Shown here piece after piece: positions 12,151 through 25,991 of a stretch of DNA of 52,921 bases (positions within the stretch are counted from its first letter, which is position 1; the number at the start of each line of letters is the position of its first letter). The translations under genes were made by a program, and so were the position numbers. The notes beneath the pieces were generated by a model, which searched no databases, was not told the origin of the DNA, and saw only the letters and a program-made list of their open reading frames with translations. Origin of the DNA: Welwitschia mirabilis (taxonomy: Eukaryota); the NCBI GenBank assembly GCA_051453625.1, contig JBOZIK010000001.1, positions 23,274,546 to 23,327,466 on the forward strand, read 5' to 3'.

Positions 12151-15100
12151 ATTTTATGGAATTTAAATGGGAATGATTTTGATTTATATTAAAAACAATG
12201 AATAATCTAGGGTTAGCTTTGGAGTTTAAACCCTTCTTGCACAAGGCATTCATATAAGAAATTTAATAAAAACCTCAAGCCTTCCCTCATGTTTAATATT
12301 CATGCATCTTAGGAAAAAAAACCATAACAATGCACTTGAAAAAAAATTTGTATAGTAATAGTGAGTAAAAGCAAATGACTAAGAGTAATTAAGAACACAA
12401 TGAGTATTTTTTATTTCTAAAAATGTGTAGCAACTAAAATAGGAAATTACCTTTGAAGCCATCTTTTTATACCTTTTTTTAACCCTTGGTTCACATGTCC
12501 CTTGGTTGACAGCTTATTGAAGGAGTCTTTGATTAAATTGAAGGACCTTTAAACATGATACTATATAAATACAGTTTTACTTTATTAATTTGCGAGAGAG
12601 CTCAATAGCTACTAGCTACTTGAAAAGGGTCTTTGAGCTCTTCCTAATTTTTCATTTCTTAGAGTTTTAAGGGGCCATCAAGTAACTAGGAGTTACTCAA
12701 AGAGGATTTTTAGATCTTTTCAGAGAGTCTTTGAATCGATGGAAAGGGATTTAAGATAAACTTAAATCATAAGTAGAATGTAAGCCTTGGAAAAGAATTA
12801 AAATCTTTACTTTTCCACATTTACATTAGACAAAGTTCAAATAGGGTCTTTGAGATCTTTGTCAAAGATATGGTGGAATAATAAGGATCAAAACATAACT
12901 CATCTTTTAAAATGAAAAATAGAACAAAGTTAAATGGGGTTACATATTTATCAATGGGTCTTCAATAGAGGGTGCATGACCTTTTCTAATGTGGTGCGAA
13001 TTAAGATAATAATCCATGATTTTGAGTATGTAATAGGTACTTGTTATACAAAGTCATATTTTTAAAGGAATCTTTAAAGGAGAGAATATTTCTCATCAAA
13101 TAGGTCTTCAATGGAAAGAATATTCTTATCTAAAGATCATATCCAAAGGAGTTTTCGAGAGGTTAATCATTCTTATTTAATGGAGTTCAGTGAAGGGTCC
13201 TTTAATAGATTCAATAAAGAGATTCTTTGAAAAAAGACTTAATAATATTTAATGCTTTGGTTTAAGTATGCTAAATATTAGATTTTCATCTTCATATTTG
13301 TTTTTAGTTCATGCTAAATCTTTTAATTTTATACTCATTTAATTTCTATTTTAGCTTATTAAAAATATCTTGAAATAAACTTACCTTCATCATACAAATT
13401 CACATAGAAAGATTGTATGTAAAACCTCCATGGCTTTCAATTTTTAAGATTTTTTGACTTATCCTTTAACTTCTTCTCTAATGAAGAAAGTTAAAAGATA
13501 CTTGTTTAGTGTAAAAAGTTTTTAAATTGAAATGAATATTACTAGTATTAGAGAGATATCGTTCTAAGTAATAGTTAAGTTCATGTATTCTCCATAATTT
13601 CTTTCCTACAAAACTATTGCTAATGTTCTATTAGCTTTGGATGATATCCTTCATGAGCATGAACTTAACAAATTCTGTCATGGAGAAATTGCACCTTGTT
13701 TTGGTTTTATAGTCTATTACTTAGTAATTGAGTATCTTAGGATATGAGACTTTAAGTTAAGGGCTTTCTTAATTAATGAACTTAATAGATATGATGCATC
13801 TCTAGGTTGTTTTGTTAGCCAAATTTGAGAGTTAGAACAAAGGATTCAGCAAATGAAGGGTAGTAGTCTAGGTTTAAATCTCTTAGCCCTTTATTTTGAT
13901 TAGGTTTACCTAAGAAGATGGATTACTTGGGATGATTCATCTTATTAAAGATTTTTGATTTATCACTCATTTGAAATAAGGATTTTAATAGACACATTAA
14001 ATCACTTGCATCTATTGCCAACTAGTACATCTTTTAGCTAGATGAAGTCAAGAATAAAGAACAAGTTTAAGGGTCATTTTTATTAGTTAGAATTTTATTC
14101 TTACTTATTCTCCTTTCTATACAACAAACATTGTTATAGAAGTAATAAGTTATTCAAAACTACTACTATGAAAAAACAATTGTTCATTATGATGACTATC
14201 TCTTACTTTAGTACTTATTTCTATCTTGGTATAATAAAACTTAGTACTTAATTGACTTTTTTTTATTATAAACCTTATTTCTTCAATATGGAATAAATAT
14301 GCTTAATTGAATACTATAAATTATTGAGAAAAGTGTACTAATGTTGTTATTCCTTTATTCATTCCTTAGCACATTTAACTTGAAGATAATATTAATGACC
14401 ACATATACCTCAGATAACACCTAAAGAATAATTGTTCATTTATAATTTAAATTCAAGGTAGTTTTTAGTATTAAAAAACACTTATAATGAGATGACTGTA
14501 GATACTGTCAAAAGGATTTAAACTTGCAGGGTTCTTTATCTAAACCATAACCAACTAATCTTTTGATGGAGTTCTCATAGCTATCTTATTACATTGTCAA
14601 AGTTTCCTCCAGGGAATATCTATCCCCGTGTCCTTATGATAGGCAATTTCTCTNNNNNNNNNNNNNNNNNNNNNNNNNNNNNNNNNNNNNNNNNNNNNNN
14701 NNNNNNNNNNNNNNNNNNNNNNNNNNNNNNNNNNNNNNNNNNNNNNNNNNNNNNNNNNNNNNNNNNNNNNNNNNNNNNNNNNNNNNNNNNNNNNNNNNNN
14801 NNNNNNNNNNNNNNNNNNNNNNNNNNNNNNNNNNNNNNNNNNNNNNNNNNNNNNNNNNNNNNNNNNNNNNNNNNNNNNNNNNNNNNNNNNNNNNNNNNNN
14901 NNNNNNNNNNNNNNNNNNNNNNNNNNNNNNNNNNNNNNNNNNNNNNNNNNNNNNNNNNNNNNNNNNNNNNNNNNNNNNNNNNNNNNNNNNNNNNNNNNNN
15001 NNNNNNNNNNNNNNNNNNNNNNNNNNNNNNNNNNNNNNNNNNNNNNNNNNNNNNNNNNNNNNNNNNNNNNNNNNNNNNNNNNNNNNNNNNNNNNNNNNNN

Positions 15101-15452
15101 NNNNNNNNNNNNNNNNNNNNNNNNNNNNNNNNNNNNNNNNNNNNNNNNNNNNNNNNNNNNNNNNNNNNNNNNNNNNNNNNNNNNNNNNNNNNNNNNNNNN
15201 NNNNNNNNNNNNNNNNNNNNNNNNNNNNNNNNNNNNNNNNNNNNNNNNNNNNNNNNNNNNNNNNNNNNNNNNNNNNNNNNNNNNNNNNNNNNNNNNNNNN
15301 NNNNNNNNNNNNNNNNNNNNNNNNNNNNNNNNNNNNNNNNNNNNNNNNNNNNNNNNNNNNNNNNNNNNNNNNNNNNNNNNNNNNNNNNNNNNNNNNNNNN
15401 NCAAAGTTCCCTCTTTGAAATATCTATCCTAGTGTACTTATGATAGGAAATT

Positions 15453-15488
<36 letters not shown>
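15453..15488. repeat. Compound microsatellite (TC)9(TA)9
   Basis: Read directly from the sequence. Confidence 0.95.
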
Positions 15489-15779
15489 ACTTCCTTTTTC
15501 TTTAATACAATAGTAATAACTACACTTGTACTCTACTTTACATATATTTAGGTATTCTCTCTCTTCTGTAATCCTTCCTTTTTCAAAATCTACTTTTTTT
15601 ATGTTAAAAATCAATCCATGTTCAAAATTTTACAAAATAAGAAAATGTTCACTTTTATTTTTTAAAGCATTAGTCTTATTATCATTATCACCTAAATTTT
15701 ACACTAATATTTTTAGGGGTAGGATCCTTTCTTCCTATAAGATTTTCCTAATGTTTTTAATAGAGAAATCCCCTTACTA

Positions 15780-18700
15780 CATGTTTTAATCATATGTCCA
15801 TTAACTTGATAATTTTCTTAGCTCATTATTAAATATTTCCACTACCGTATTGGATAATATTAATAGTATAAGGTTTTATCCATTTTTAAATATTCTTTTT
15901 ATTTATTGATATGTATTTATAATCAAATAATAATACTTCATCACCTATTGTAAAGTTAGTTTTTCATATCTTTCTATCATGGCATGTTTTAATTTTTTGT
16001 TGTACTAGCTGTTTCCTACTCTTTCCTCTTATTCATATTTTGAATTCATTTCTCTTATGCTTTGGGGATATTGTAAACTAATTGTTTAGCTAATTTGTAA
16101 TATTTAATTTTTAGCTTAGTAGGTAAGGTTACTATTTTTCCATAGACTAGTTCATTAGAAAAGAAACCTATGCTACATTTTCATGTTATCCTATAGGTCC
16201 ATAATGCTTTGTTAAGTTTAAATCCCAATCAATTATTTTAATATTAACATTCTTAGTTATGATTCTATTCAACTCCTTGTTTGTAACCTTTACCTAATCA
16301 TTGGATTGAGGATGGTAAGCAAAAGAAAGCTTATGATAAATCCCAAATTTTGATAAAATTTTTTCAAAGGTATGGCTACTAAAATAAGTTCCCCTATCAA
16401 ATATAAAAATTCTTAGCATACCAAATCTATAAAAAATGTTTTTTAGTAAAAATGTGATGAAAATTTTGGTAGAACACTTAAGGATAGTCTCAGCCTAAGT
16501 CCATTTAGTGAAATAATTCACACATACCATTACGTATTATTTTCATAAAACTTAGAGTTGATGGAACCAGTAAAATCTATTACCTAAATATCAAAAGATT
16601 CAAATTCTTAAATTTATTGTTGAGGTATTTTTATGGTTTTAGACCAACTTCCTTTCTCTTTGACATCTATTACAACTCTTAGCATGATTGAATGCATCCT
16701 TAAAAAGATTTATCAATAATATCCTATACATAATATTTTCATGGCAACACTCTTTTCTCCATAGTGGCCACTTCCTTCTGATAATTGAAATGTTTTTAAT
16801 ATTTCTCTTTGATCCTTCTCTTCTGCATGCCTTCTAATGATGTTATCTTTACACATCTTGGATAAGGTTTTATATTCCCATAAGTAATCATTTGCTTCTC
16901 TTAACAATCTTTTTCTATCATAATAAGTTAGATTAGAAGGGAATTTTTTGCTTACTAAGAATTTAATCATGTACACAAACCATAGAGATTACTAGATATC
17001 ATTTATATAATCACTAGGAGAATTATTTTTTATATCACTTTTTCCACATTATCTAGAAATTCTAACCTTGATAAATGGTTAACAATTATATTTTTCACTC
17101 CTTTTTTATCTATTGTTTAAAATTAAATTTTTTCATAAGAAGAATCCATTTGATTGTTCTAGAGTTAGCTTCCTTTTTATTCATTAAAAATCATACAACA
17201 CTATGATCAGTGCAGACTTTAACTTCATAACACATAATGTAGTATCTAAATTTTTTAATGCTATCACCATAATAAGCATTTATTTTTTTCTCCACTCTAT
17301 AATTTATCTAAATTGGGTTAAGATTCTTACTAATGTGAGCTATGACACAGGGCTTGTTATTATCATCCTTCTGTTCATGGAATACTTCTATAGAAAATCT
17401 AAAGGCATTAGTTATAACATGAAAAGATTTACTCAAATTGATTTTTTATAAAATAGGGAATTTTGATAGTTTATCCTTTAAAATTTTAAAGGCCTCCTCA
17501 CACTCTTGAGTCCACTCATAAAACATGCCTTTTTGTAAAAGTTTGTTTAATGATTTAGCAAATTTTTCCAAAATTAGCAATAAACCTTCAATGTTATCTA
17601 ACATGATTTGCAAAGGATAAAACTCTTTTAATTTGAGAGGACCTAAGATTCCTTGAGCTAATTTTATATTTTTTCCATTTGTCTTAATTTCTTTTATAAA
17701 TATTATATGTCCTATAACAATCTCCTTTGTAACCATAAGATAGCTTTTAGACCAACTTAGTTTTAAATTATTTTCCTTACATCTAACAAGTACAACTTCT
17801 AATCTCTTAAGATCTTATTAAAAATTATTTTTAAAGGTTGAAAAATCATCTATAAACACTTATACTAATTTCCAAATACAACTTAAAATAGACTGTTAAC
17901 TAATCTTTGAAATGTGGCTAGGGCATTACATAAGTCAAATAGTAGCACTTTAAAAGCATAGATTTCCCACTTATAGATGAAGATAGTTTTTGCTTAATCC
18001 TCAAGTATAATAGGAACTTGATTATATCCACTATACCCATCCAAAATATCTTAATATTGATGGCCTAAAATTCTCTTTAAGACATGTTCAACAAAGGATA
18101 AAGGAAAGTGATCTTTATAAGTTTGTAGAATTTAGCAATCTAAAGTCTATGCATATTCTCCATTTGTTCCTTTTTTTGGCATAACTTGTATATGGCTTAT
18201 CTATTTTAAATATGATATAGAATACATAAAACCTCCTTTTAACAATCTTAATGTCTCTTATCTAATAACTTCTTGTATTTAAGGATTACACCTTCTTTCT
18301 TATTACCTAATAGTTTTAATTATATTATCTAAATATATTTAATGCTAATATATAGTGATTTCTGTTCCTGTTATATCTGCATAAGTCTAATAAAAAGCTT
18401 ATATCTTTTGATGAATACTCATTTTAATTTCCTATTTTGAGAATGAGTAAGTTTATCATTTATAATCGATGGTCTATTTTTCCTTGATCTTAATGTATTC
18501 TAATCTTTTTGTAGAGGTGGCTTTTTAATATCCTCTTCCTCATCCATATGTTCTATAGTTAAGAAATAGTTTTTATTACCTTCATCTTGATCCTTTAATG
18601 TTTCTTAGACTACTAGCATCATAATCAAATTTGCACCTTTATCGTTATTATTAAAAATGGGGTATTCAATTTCAACCTTAGCTAATATCTTGATTTGTTG

Positions 18701-21400
18701 GATAAGAACCTTTAGACTGATCCCTATGACTCGATTCCTTCAATAAACAGTTACATTAGCTATTGCTATTTGTGGTCCTCCCAATATGATGGAATGGGTA
18801 TTACCTTTAGTTTTCGTTATTACCAAATCCACAAAGTACCCAAATCCTAAAGTTCAACAGAAGTTTTTTCCATGATATCCACAGGCTTTATTGCTAGTCC
18901 GTCTACTAGATATACTTGCCCTTAAGAAGGTATCAATTTATAACTTTCTAATTGTTCATAAGTTTCATAGGAGAGGACATTGATGCTAGCTCCTAAATCT
19001 ACTAATGTTTATATCTTATAAGATCCTTCTACTATAATATCAACTACTAGGATATCTAGATCATTGTATTGTAAGACCTAATTTCTTTGTAAAGCTTAAT
19101 TAGAAGCCTAAGATATTTAGTCCCTTTTATTCATTTTTAATTTGTATTTTTTACTTTCCTTTTCTTTTCTTTGTTTTTTCTTCTCTTGCTTTTGCAAAAA
19201 TCCTTCATTTATTTTTAATAAAGAGGGATATCTTTCAACATTCTAATCAAAGGTAAGAAAATACTAGTGTCTTCAGGTGCTTTATCAAAATATTCCACAT
19301 ATTTTTTCCCTCTTCCTAGGGTCTTTTATCATTTTACTTCTCATTGGAAAGGGTAGTATATCCTATTTTGTTAAGACTTTTGACTTTTACATGAATTTTA
19401 AATTGACTATTCTTTAGTGATCATTTTCTTTAACCTAGTTTCAACAACCTTGTAACCTACTTATCTAAGGTTTGGTCAAGGTTGAGCTCATATTATAGTT
19501 TTTCGGGTTTTTTTTTCCTTTATTATAATTCAGATGACTAGTATCCCTTCTTCGTTTCACTAGATTCTATAATAATCATATTGTTATTTCCTTTTTATTA
19601 AAGAAATATCTACATAGAATTCTTTATTCTATTTTTTTCACTTCCTAGTTTGGTATAGGTATGCTTTCTTTATTATATGAGTGTACTGTTAGGGTTATAA
19701 TCAATTTTGTTAATGTCTAACCATTCTACAAAAGTATACATGCAAGAACAATCTATTGCTTAATGATTATCCTCATTATAATACTTGCAAGTCTCGTGTT
19801 CTTATTTCTATTTTAATCTATTTACTTCTTTTGTTAAGGTTTTTAGTTTCATATTAGTTTCCTTCAATAATTTTTTATGTTTTATTTCTACTTTAGATTT
19901 TGCCTGAATTTCATTTACTTTTTTTTTTTACTTTTTTTCATTTTGATTTTATTCTTAACTTATCCTATATAGTTTATCAATACCCTCCTTAATTTACTGA
20001 ATTTTTCTATTTCTAATACTCCCTCCATTGGGTATNNNNNNNNNNNNNNNNNNNNNNNNNNNNNNNNNNNNNNNNNNNNNNNNNNNNNNNNNNNNNNNNN
20101 NNNNNNNNNNNNNNNNNNNNNNNNNNNNNNNNNNNAGGTAACAAAATACTGGTGTCTTCAGGTGCTTTTTCAAGATATTCCACATATTTTTTCCCTCTTC
20201 CTAGGGTCTTTTATCATTTGACTTCTCATTGGAAAGGGTAGAATATCCTATTTTGTTAAGACTTTTGACTTTTACATGAATTTTAAATTGACTATTCTTT
20301 AGTTATTATTTTCTTTAACCTAGTTTCAATAACCTTGTAACCTACTTCTCTGAGGTTTGGTCAAGGTTGAGCTCATATTATAGTTTTTTGGGTTTTTTTT
20401 TTCCTTTATTATAATTTAGATGACTAGTATCCCTTCTTCGTTTCACTAGATTCTATAATAATCATATTGTTATTGCCCTTTTTATTGAAGAAATATCTGC
20501 ATAGAATTATTTCTTCTATTTTTTTCACTTCCTATTTTGGTATAGGTAAGCTTTATTTATTATACAAGTGTACTATTAGGGTTATAATCAATTTTGTTAA
20601 TGTCTAACCATTCTACAAAAGTCTACATGCAAGGACAATCTATTTCTTAATGATTATACTCACTATAATACTTGCAAGTCTCGTGTTCTTATTCCTATTT
20701 TAACCTATTTACTTCTTTTGTTAAGGTTTTTAGTTTCATATTAGTTTCCTTAAATAATTTTTTATGTTTTATTTCTACTTTAGATTTTTCCTGAATTTCA
20801 TTTACTTTTTTTTTTTCTTTTTTTCATTCTGATTCCATTTTTAACTTATCCTATATAGTTTATCAATAGCCTCCTTAATTTACTAGAATTTTCTATTTCT
20901 AATACTCCCTTCATGGAGTATATCTAATTTTTATAAGGTATCACTCCTTAATCCTCTTAATAAAGGTCTCATTCTTTCTCTGAAATTTATCTCATAGTTT
21001 GGGCATTTTGTTATTATAATCTAATATCTATCTATAAAATCATGAGTTATTTCATTCTCTTTTTGTTTTATGTTTAAAATTAAACTCTTAATTTTCAATA
21101 GCTTTTACAGGTTGATATTTACATATAAAAGCTATGCTAAGGGCATTATAAGTCTTAAACATATGATTTGAAAGATGTGAAACCATAACTAAGCATCCTT
21201 TTTAAGTAAAAAAGAAAAATATCTTAAAAAATTAGATTTAGCTATTAGATAATTAGCTCTATAGAAGAAGTAAAAAAGGCTCAAGTATAACATTGGTTCT
21301 TCTTCTTTAGTTTCCTAAAAGGTTGAAATATTAGTTGATTTTCTCTAGGGTTTTTAAAATTGAAGGATTTACAAGTTTTGAAGTAGTGAGGAAATAATAA
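15780..21400 (-). pseudogene. Athila-like Ty3/gypsy gag-PR-RT-RNaseH-INT, degenerate
   Basis: gag FSFLLKKDA*LWF at about 21200; protease LVDLGASINVL at about 18990; RT LDGYSGYNQVPI, LCNALATFQR, VFIDDFS at about 17850; YEWTQECEEAFKILKDKL (ORF 17446-17736); integrase Zn finger IIRR..SEGSGHYGEKSVAMKIL (ORF 16713-16976); AYHPQSN at about 16315. Confidence 0.92.
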
Positions 21401-21726
21401 TTAATGCTTAAATTATAGAGTTCATTAGTTATTCTTTACCCTAATACAGTCCTGTAGTCAAGGTAGAAGTTTTCTTTATGGTTTAGGCTTGAATTATCAA
21501 GTTAGATTTTTTTTGTAAATCCTCTTAAATCCTTCTTAAGGTTATCATGTCTTCTATGAGATCATAGGGATCTATTGTTATCCAAACTGTAGTGTCAGTT
21601 TCTTCATCCAACTTATATTTTTTAGGATTTTGGACATATCTTTCTTTTTCATCTATCCAACTTTCTTGCCTATCTTTTATTAACAAAGCCTTCATCATGA
21701 TGGTCTTTAAAAAATTATGAGTCTAT

Positions 21727-21742
21727 CCTCCTTCTAGTACCA
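21727..21742 (-). promoter_or_regulatory. Primer-binding site complementary to tRNA-Asn
   Basis: The plus strand reads cctccttctagtacca versus the plant tRNA-Asn(GTT) 3' end cctccttctagcgcca (recalled, not looked up); the only difference is a decayed CpG. It sits 3 nt from the LTR terminus. Confidence 0.8.
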
Positions 21743-21745
21743 AAA

Positions 21746-23482
21746 TGATAAGTCTAGTTTTGTGTAACTTAAAATTAAAATAAAGAAAATATTAAAGAAA
21801 GCTGTAACTACCACACACAGATTTAAATCATGCAAAAAATGAATTATTAAGGTTTATTTTAAGCTTTTAAAATACTATAATCCTTCTATTCATTATAATA
21901 CTCCCTTTGTCAAGAATGGTAAAACTATATTATGATTTATTCAAGTGCCTATATACATATACACAACTATGGGAAAAAGAATTAAGCATAATATCACTAG
22001 ATAAAACTTGCACTATATATTTATAAGCAATGTAAAATAACTCTTCAACTAAATTAATACTAACAGCAAGGAAAAGAAAATATAAACTATTTTCATATTT
22101 CATGAAAACTATATCATAATTATGTTTTAATTAAATTAATAAAAAAAATTTATTGCCTTTTTAGGATACATGTAGATAGCAAATTTATTGCCTTTACATA
22201 GAAGGTCTATTAAATAATAGACTCCACTTCCTTAGGTGCTACCACTAGGTATTATAATGTAACTATGTTCCAGCCATTTCTTGTCAGGTTCTCTTTTCTT
22301 TCTATTATTATTTTTGCACATTCAGTTATTAAATTAGTTAACTAATTCACACATGGACAATACACATAATATCATTTTAAAAATTTTAAAAGCTCTTATT
22401 TTGTGCAACTTAAAACTAAAAATAAAGAAAATATTAAAAATATTTAGATTAAAAACTAGAAATAGCAAACTTTAACTGCAACGCTTAAACTTAAATCATG
22501 CAAAGATAAATTGCTAATGTTTAGTTTAAAATTTCTAAAGATTAGAATCCTTCTATTCATTAGGATACTTCCTTTGTTAAGAACTATCATTCTTGAGAAA
22601 ATTGTATTTTGATTTATTCAAGTACTTATATACATATACACAACTATGGGGGAAAGGAATTAAGCATGAAGATGCACTATCTATTTCTAAGTAATGANNN
22701 NNNNNNNNNNNNNNNNNNNNNNNNNNNNNNNNNNNNNNNNNNNNNNNNNNNNNNNNNNNNNNNNNNNNNNNNNNNNNNNNNNNNNNNNNNNNNNNNNAAG
22801 TACTTATATACATATACACAACTATGGGGGAAACGAATTAAGCATGAAGATGTACTATCTATTTCTAAGTAATGAAAAATATTCATATTAACTCTTTAGC
22901 TAAATTCATACTGCAATAAGAAAAATAAACATAAACCCTTTTTATAAAAACCCTATCATAATTATATTTCAATCAACTTAATAAAAAGTGTTATTGCCCT
23001 TTTGGGATACATGCATACAAAATTTTGCATTTGAGTTATTCTCCTCTCTAGATCTTCTTCTTATTCTAAAATCTTTTTCAAGAGTGTATTTTTGAAAACT
23101 AGAAAGCTCCCCATTTCCCTTTTTCTTCTCTCTTTATATAGGGAGTCTATGAAATAACAAACTCTACTTCCTTGGATGCCACTACCAGCTGTTATAATGT
23201 AGCTAATACCAATCCATTACTTCTCATGTCCTCTTTTCTTTATACTATTATTTTTGCACACTCAGTTATGAAGTTGATTAATTAACTTATACATGTATAG
23301 TAAATATAATAACATNNNNNNNNNNNNNNNNNNNNNNNNNNNNNNNNNNNNNNNNNNNNNNNNNNNNNNNNNNNNNNNNNNNNNNNNNNNNNNNNNNNNN
23401 NNNNNNNNNNNNNNNTATACAATAACGTTTTAATCATTTTAATATTAAATATTCTATAATGAACAACTTAATAGTTCTATCA
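21746..23482 (-). mobile_element. 5' LTR region of the minus-strand Athila-like element, two diverged tandem units
   Basis: Starts next to the PBS (plus-strand TGATAAG) and ends plausibly at ..gttctatCA (23482). Unit 21746-22380 is colinear with 22385-23440. Confidence 0.65.
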
Positions 23483-24439
23483 TGCTTAAGTGTTTTTTAG
23501 TCATCTAACAACAAGAATTGTAACAAAGACATAAAAGAAAAACTGAAAATTAAAGTAACCCTTTTAAAAATCAAAGGATCCTATAAATTTATAGTATTCA
23601 CATTTGATTCGATTACATTTGCTTATGTTGCTTTTATAACTCTTTTAGCTTTCCATATTATTTGAGTTATGTCCTATTTAGATTGACTCACTAGATTTTG
23701 AAAAGACTGCAGAACTTTTATAGATTACTAAGTGAATTTGGCACTCTAAGTGAATTTGGATTGACTCACTAGATTTTGAAAAGACTACAGAACTTTTATA
23801 GATTCTAATAACTAATTCCTTTAATCATTTAGATCATTCAAGTTCTACTCAATGAATGCAACAAGAATAGATTCTTCTTGAAGTCTTTACATGTAGTGGT
23901 TAGCTTATTTCCTACTTTAAAAAAAGAGATCCTTTAATTTCTTACTTCTACTAAAATATTTTTTATTCCATTTATAATTTGCTCCAAAATTCTCATACTT
24001 TTTTCCCATCTTGCTTTTGTCTTTTATACTATGTTGTTAATAATATTCTCATGATTATTAAAATGATAATATAATTTTTGTGGGTAAAAATTTACATTGC
24101 AAGGCATTTGTATTTCATTAGAACTAAATTGTACTTGCTTTTCTAATCTTATTTCTAATAATTTATTCTAATAAAGAACTCTACTAATTTATTTCCATAG
24201 TTTCATGATAAGATTAGACTAATTTTAATTAAAAAAATTATTTAGTTGAATTGAAATTTTTCTTACTAATTTTCGTAGTGTTCAACTTTTGGCTACTTAG
24301 TTTTTAGCTAAAAAATTTTTAAAATTTTGTATTCTCTTTCTTTATTTCATCAATCATTTTATGGCTAATTCCATAAGGTACATTTTGAAATTGCTCGAAT
24401 TCTAATTCTCTTTTAAGAAGGGATATTTTCTTCTCTTGT

Positions 24440-25991
24440 ATTTCTATCTTTTCTTCTTTATTTTGACTTTGATTCAGTGCATCTACCCATTTACCTTGCT
24501 ATTTTTTATTCTCCTCTTATGTTTTCATGTACTTATCATGTATACTTTACACATCCCTGTATATATTTTAAGAATATTTAACATTAAGTGGTAAATGTAC
24601 ATTATTGTATAGGAAACTAATAAAATCTTATTGTTTTTTGATGTACTTTACATCATAATGCTTGGAGAGATCTAAACTTTTTAACATATCTATTAAGATG
24701 TCGTCCCTATTAGAGGAAGGTAACTGCAACCTTTTTCTCTCCTCACATAGTTTATTTTCTAGTTTTATGATTCTATTTNNNNNNNNCAAAAATGATAGGT
24801 GAGTAGAGAAAGCTTTTGATGAAGTAGTTAACTTTTGTTCTAACTAAGATTTTTTAATCTCTTATTCTATTTACCTCTGAGTTTCAAAAAGTTAGTTTTT
24901 ATTTACAAAACTCGTTCTCTAATTTCAAAAATTTCTTTTTTTCTTTCATAGCTAGATTTTCTTCTTAAAGCCACTAAGATTGTGCTAACTCTATAGTTAA
25001 AGAATTGATAGCTAAATATAAAATATCAATCTTATAATCTTCCATTAATTTTTAAAATGTTCTTGAACTACATTAGGAAATAATTTGCTATAATGTGAAG
25101 GAGTCTATTAGCTCTTTAGTTTTTTTCCCCTTATGATCTTACTATGGAGGAGAAGCCTGATGACTAGAAGTAAGAAAATCATGTATAGAAAGTCTAATAA
25201 GAGTATTATTTTTACTCCTAAAAGGGCTAGAATAGATAATTCTAGACTATTTTTATTCCTAGTAAAAAATTGAGGCACATTTTTCCAAAGTAGAATTCTT
25301 CTCATTAATGAATAAAATACTCATATAATCTTCATTGATTTCATGACATATTTAATTCTAAGTTTGTTTTGCAAATATACTAGAAAATAGTTTCAAAAAT
25401 ATTAATATTCTTATGGGTGGAACCTAGAATAACATCTATTAGATAAACCCCTGGAATGCTCATAACTTTCTGTTTATTAATAAGAGTGCCTTGATAAGTA
25501 TGTTTTTATATAAATCTAAATAANNNNNNNNNNNNNNNNNNNNNNNNNNNNNNNNNNNNNNNNNNNNNNNNNNNNNNNNNNNNNNNNNNNNNNNNNNNNN
25601 NNNNNNNNNNNNNNNNNNNNNNNTTCCCCCTTATGATCTTAATATGAAGGAGAAGCTTGATGACTATAAGTAAGAAAATCATGTATAGAAGGTCTAATAA
25701 GAGTATTATTTTTACTTCTAAAAGGACTAGAATAGATAATTCTATACTATTTTTATTCCTAGGAAAAAATTGAGGCAAATTTTTCCAAAGTAGAATTCTT
25801 CTAATCAATGAATAAAATACCCATACAATCTTCATTGATTTCATGACATCTTTGATTCTAAGTTTGCTTTGCAAATATACTACAAAATAGTTTCACAAAT
25901 ATTGATATTATTATGGGTGGAATCTAGAATAACATCTATTAGATAAACCCTTGGAATGCTCATACCTTTCTGTTTATTAATAAAAGTGCCT
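24440..25991. repeat. Dispersed repeat, paralogue of 10230-11770, cut by the Athila LTR at 25992
   Basis: Colinear with 10230-11770; similarity stops where TGATAAG begins. Confidence 0.85.

Noticed and set aside
21727..21742. tRNA gene
   Set aside because: Only 16 nt of tRNA 3'-end similarity at an LTR border, so it is a PBS and not a cloverleaf.
25108..25874. Two similar hydrophobic ORFs as a duplicated membrane-protein gene
   Set aside because: They are the two gap-flanking versions of one AT-rich TE-derived repeat, and hydrophobicity follows from base composition.
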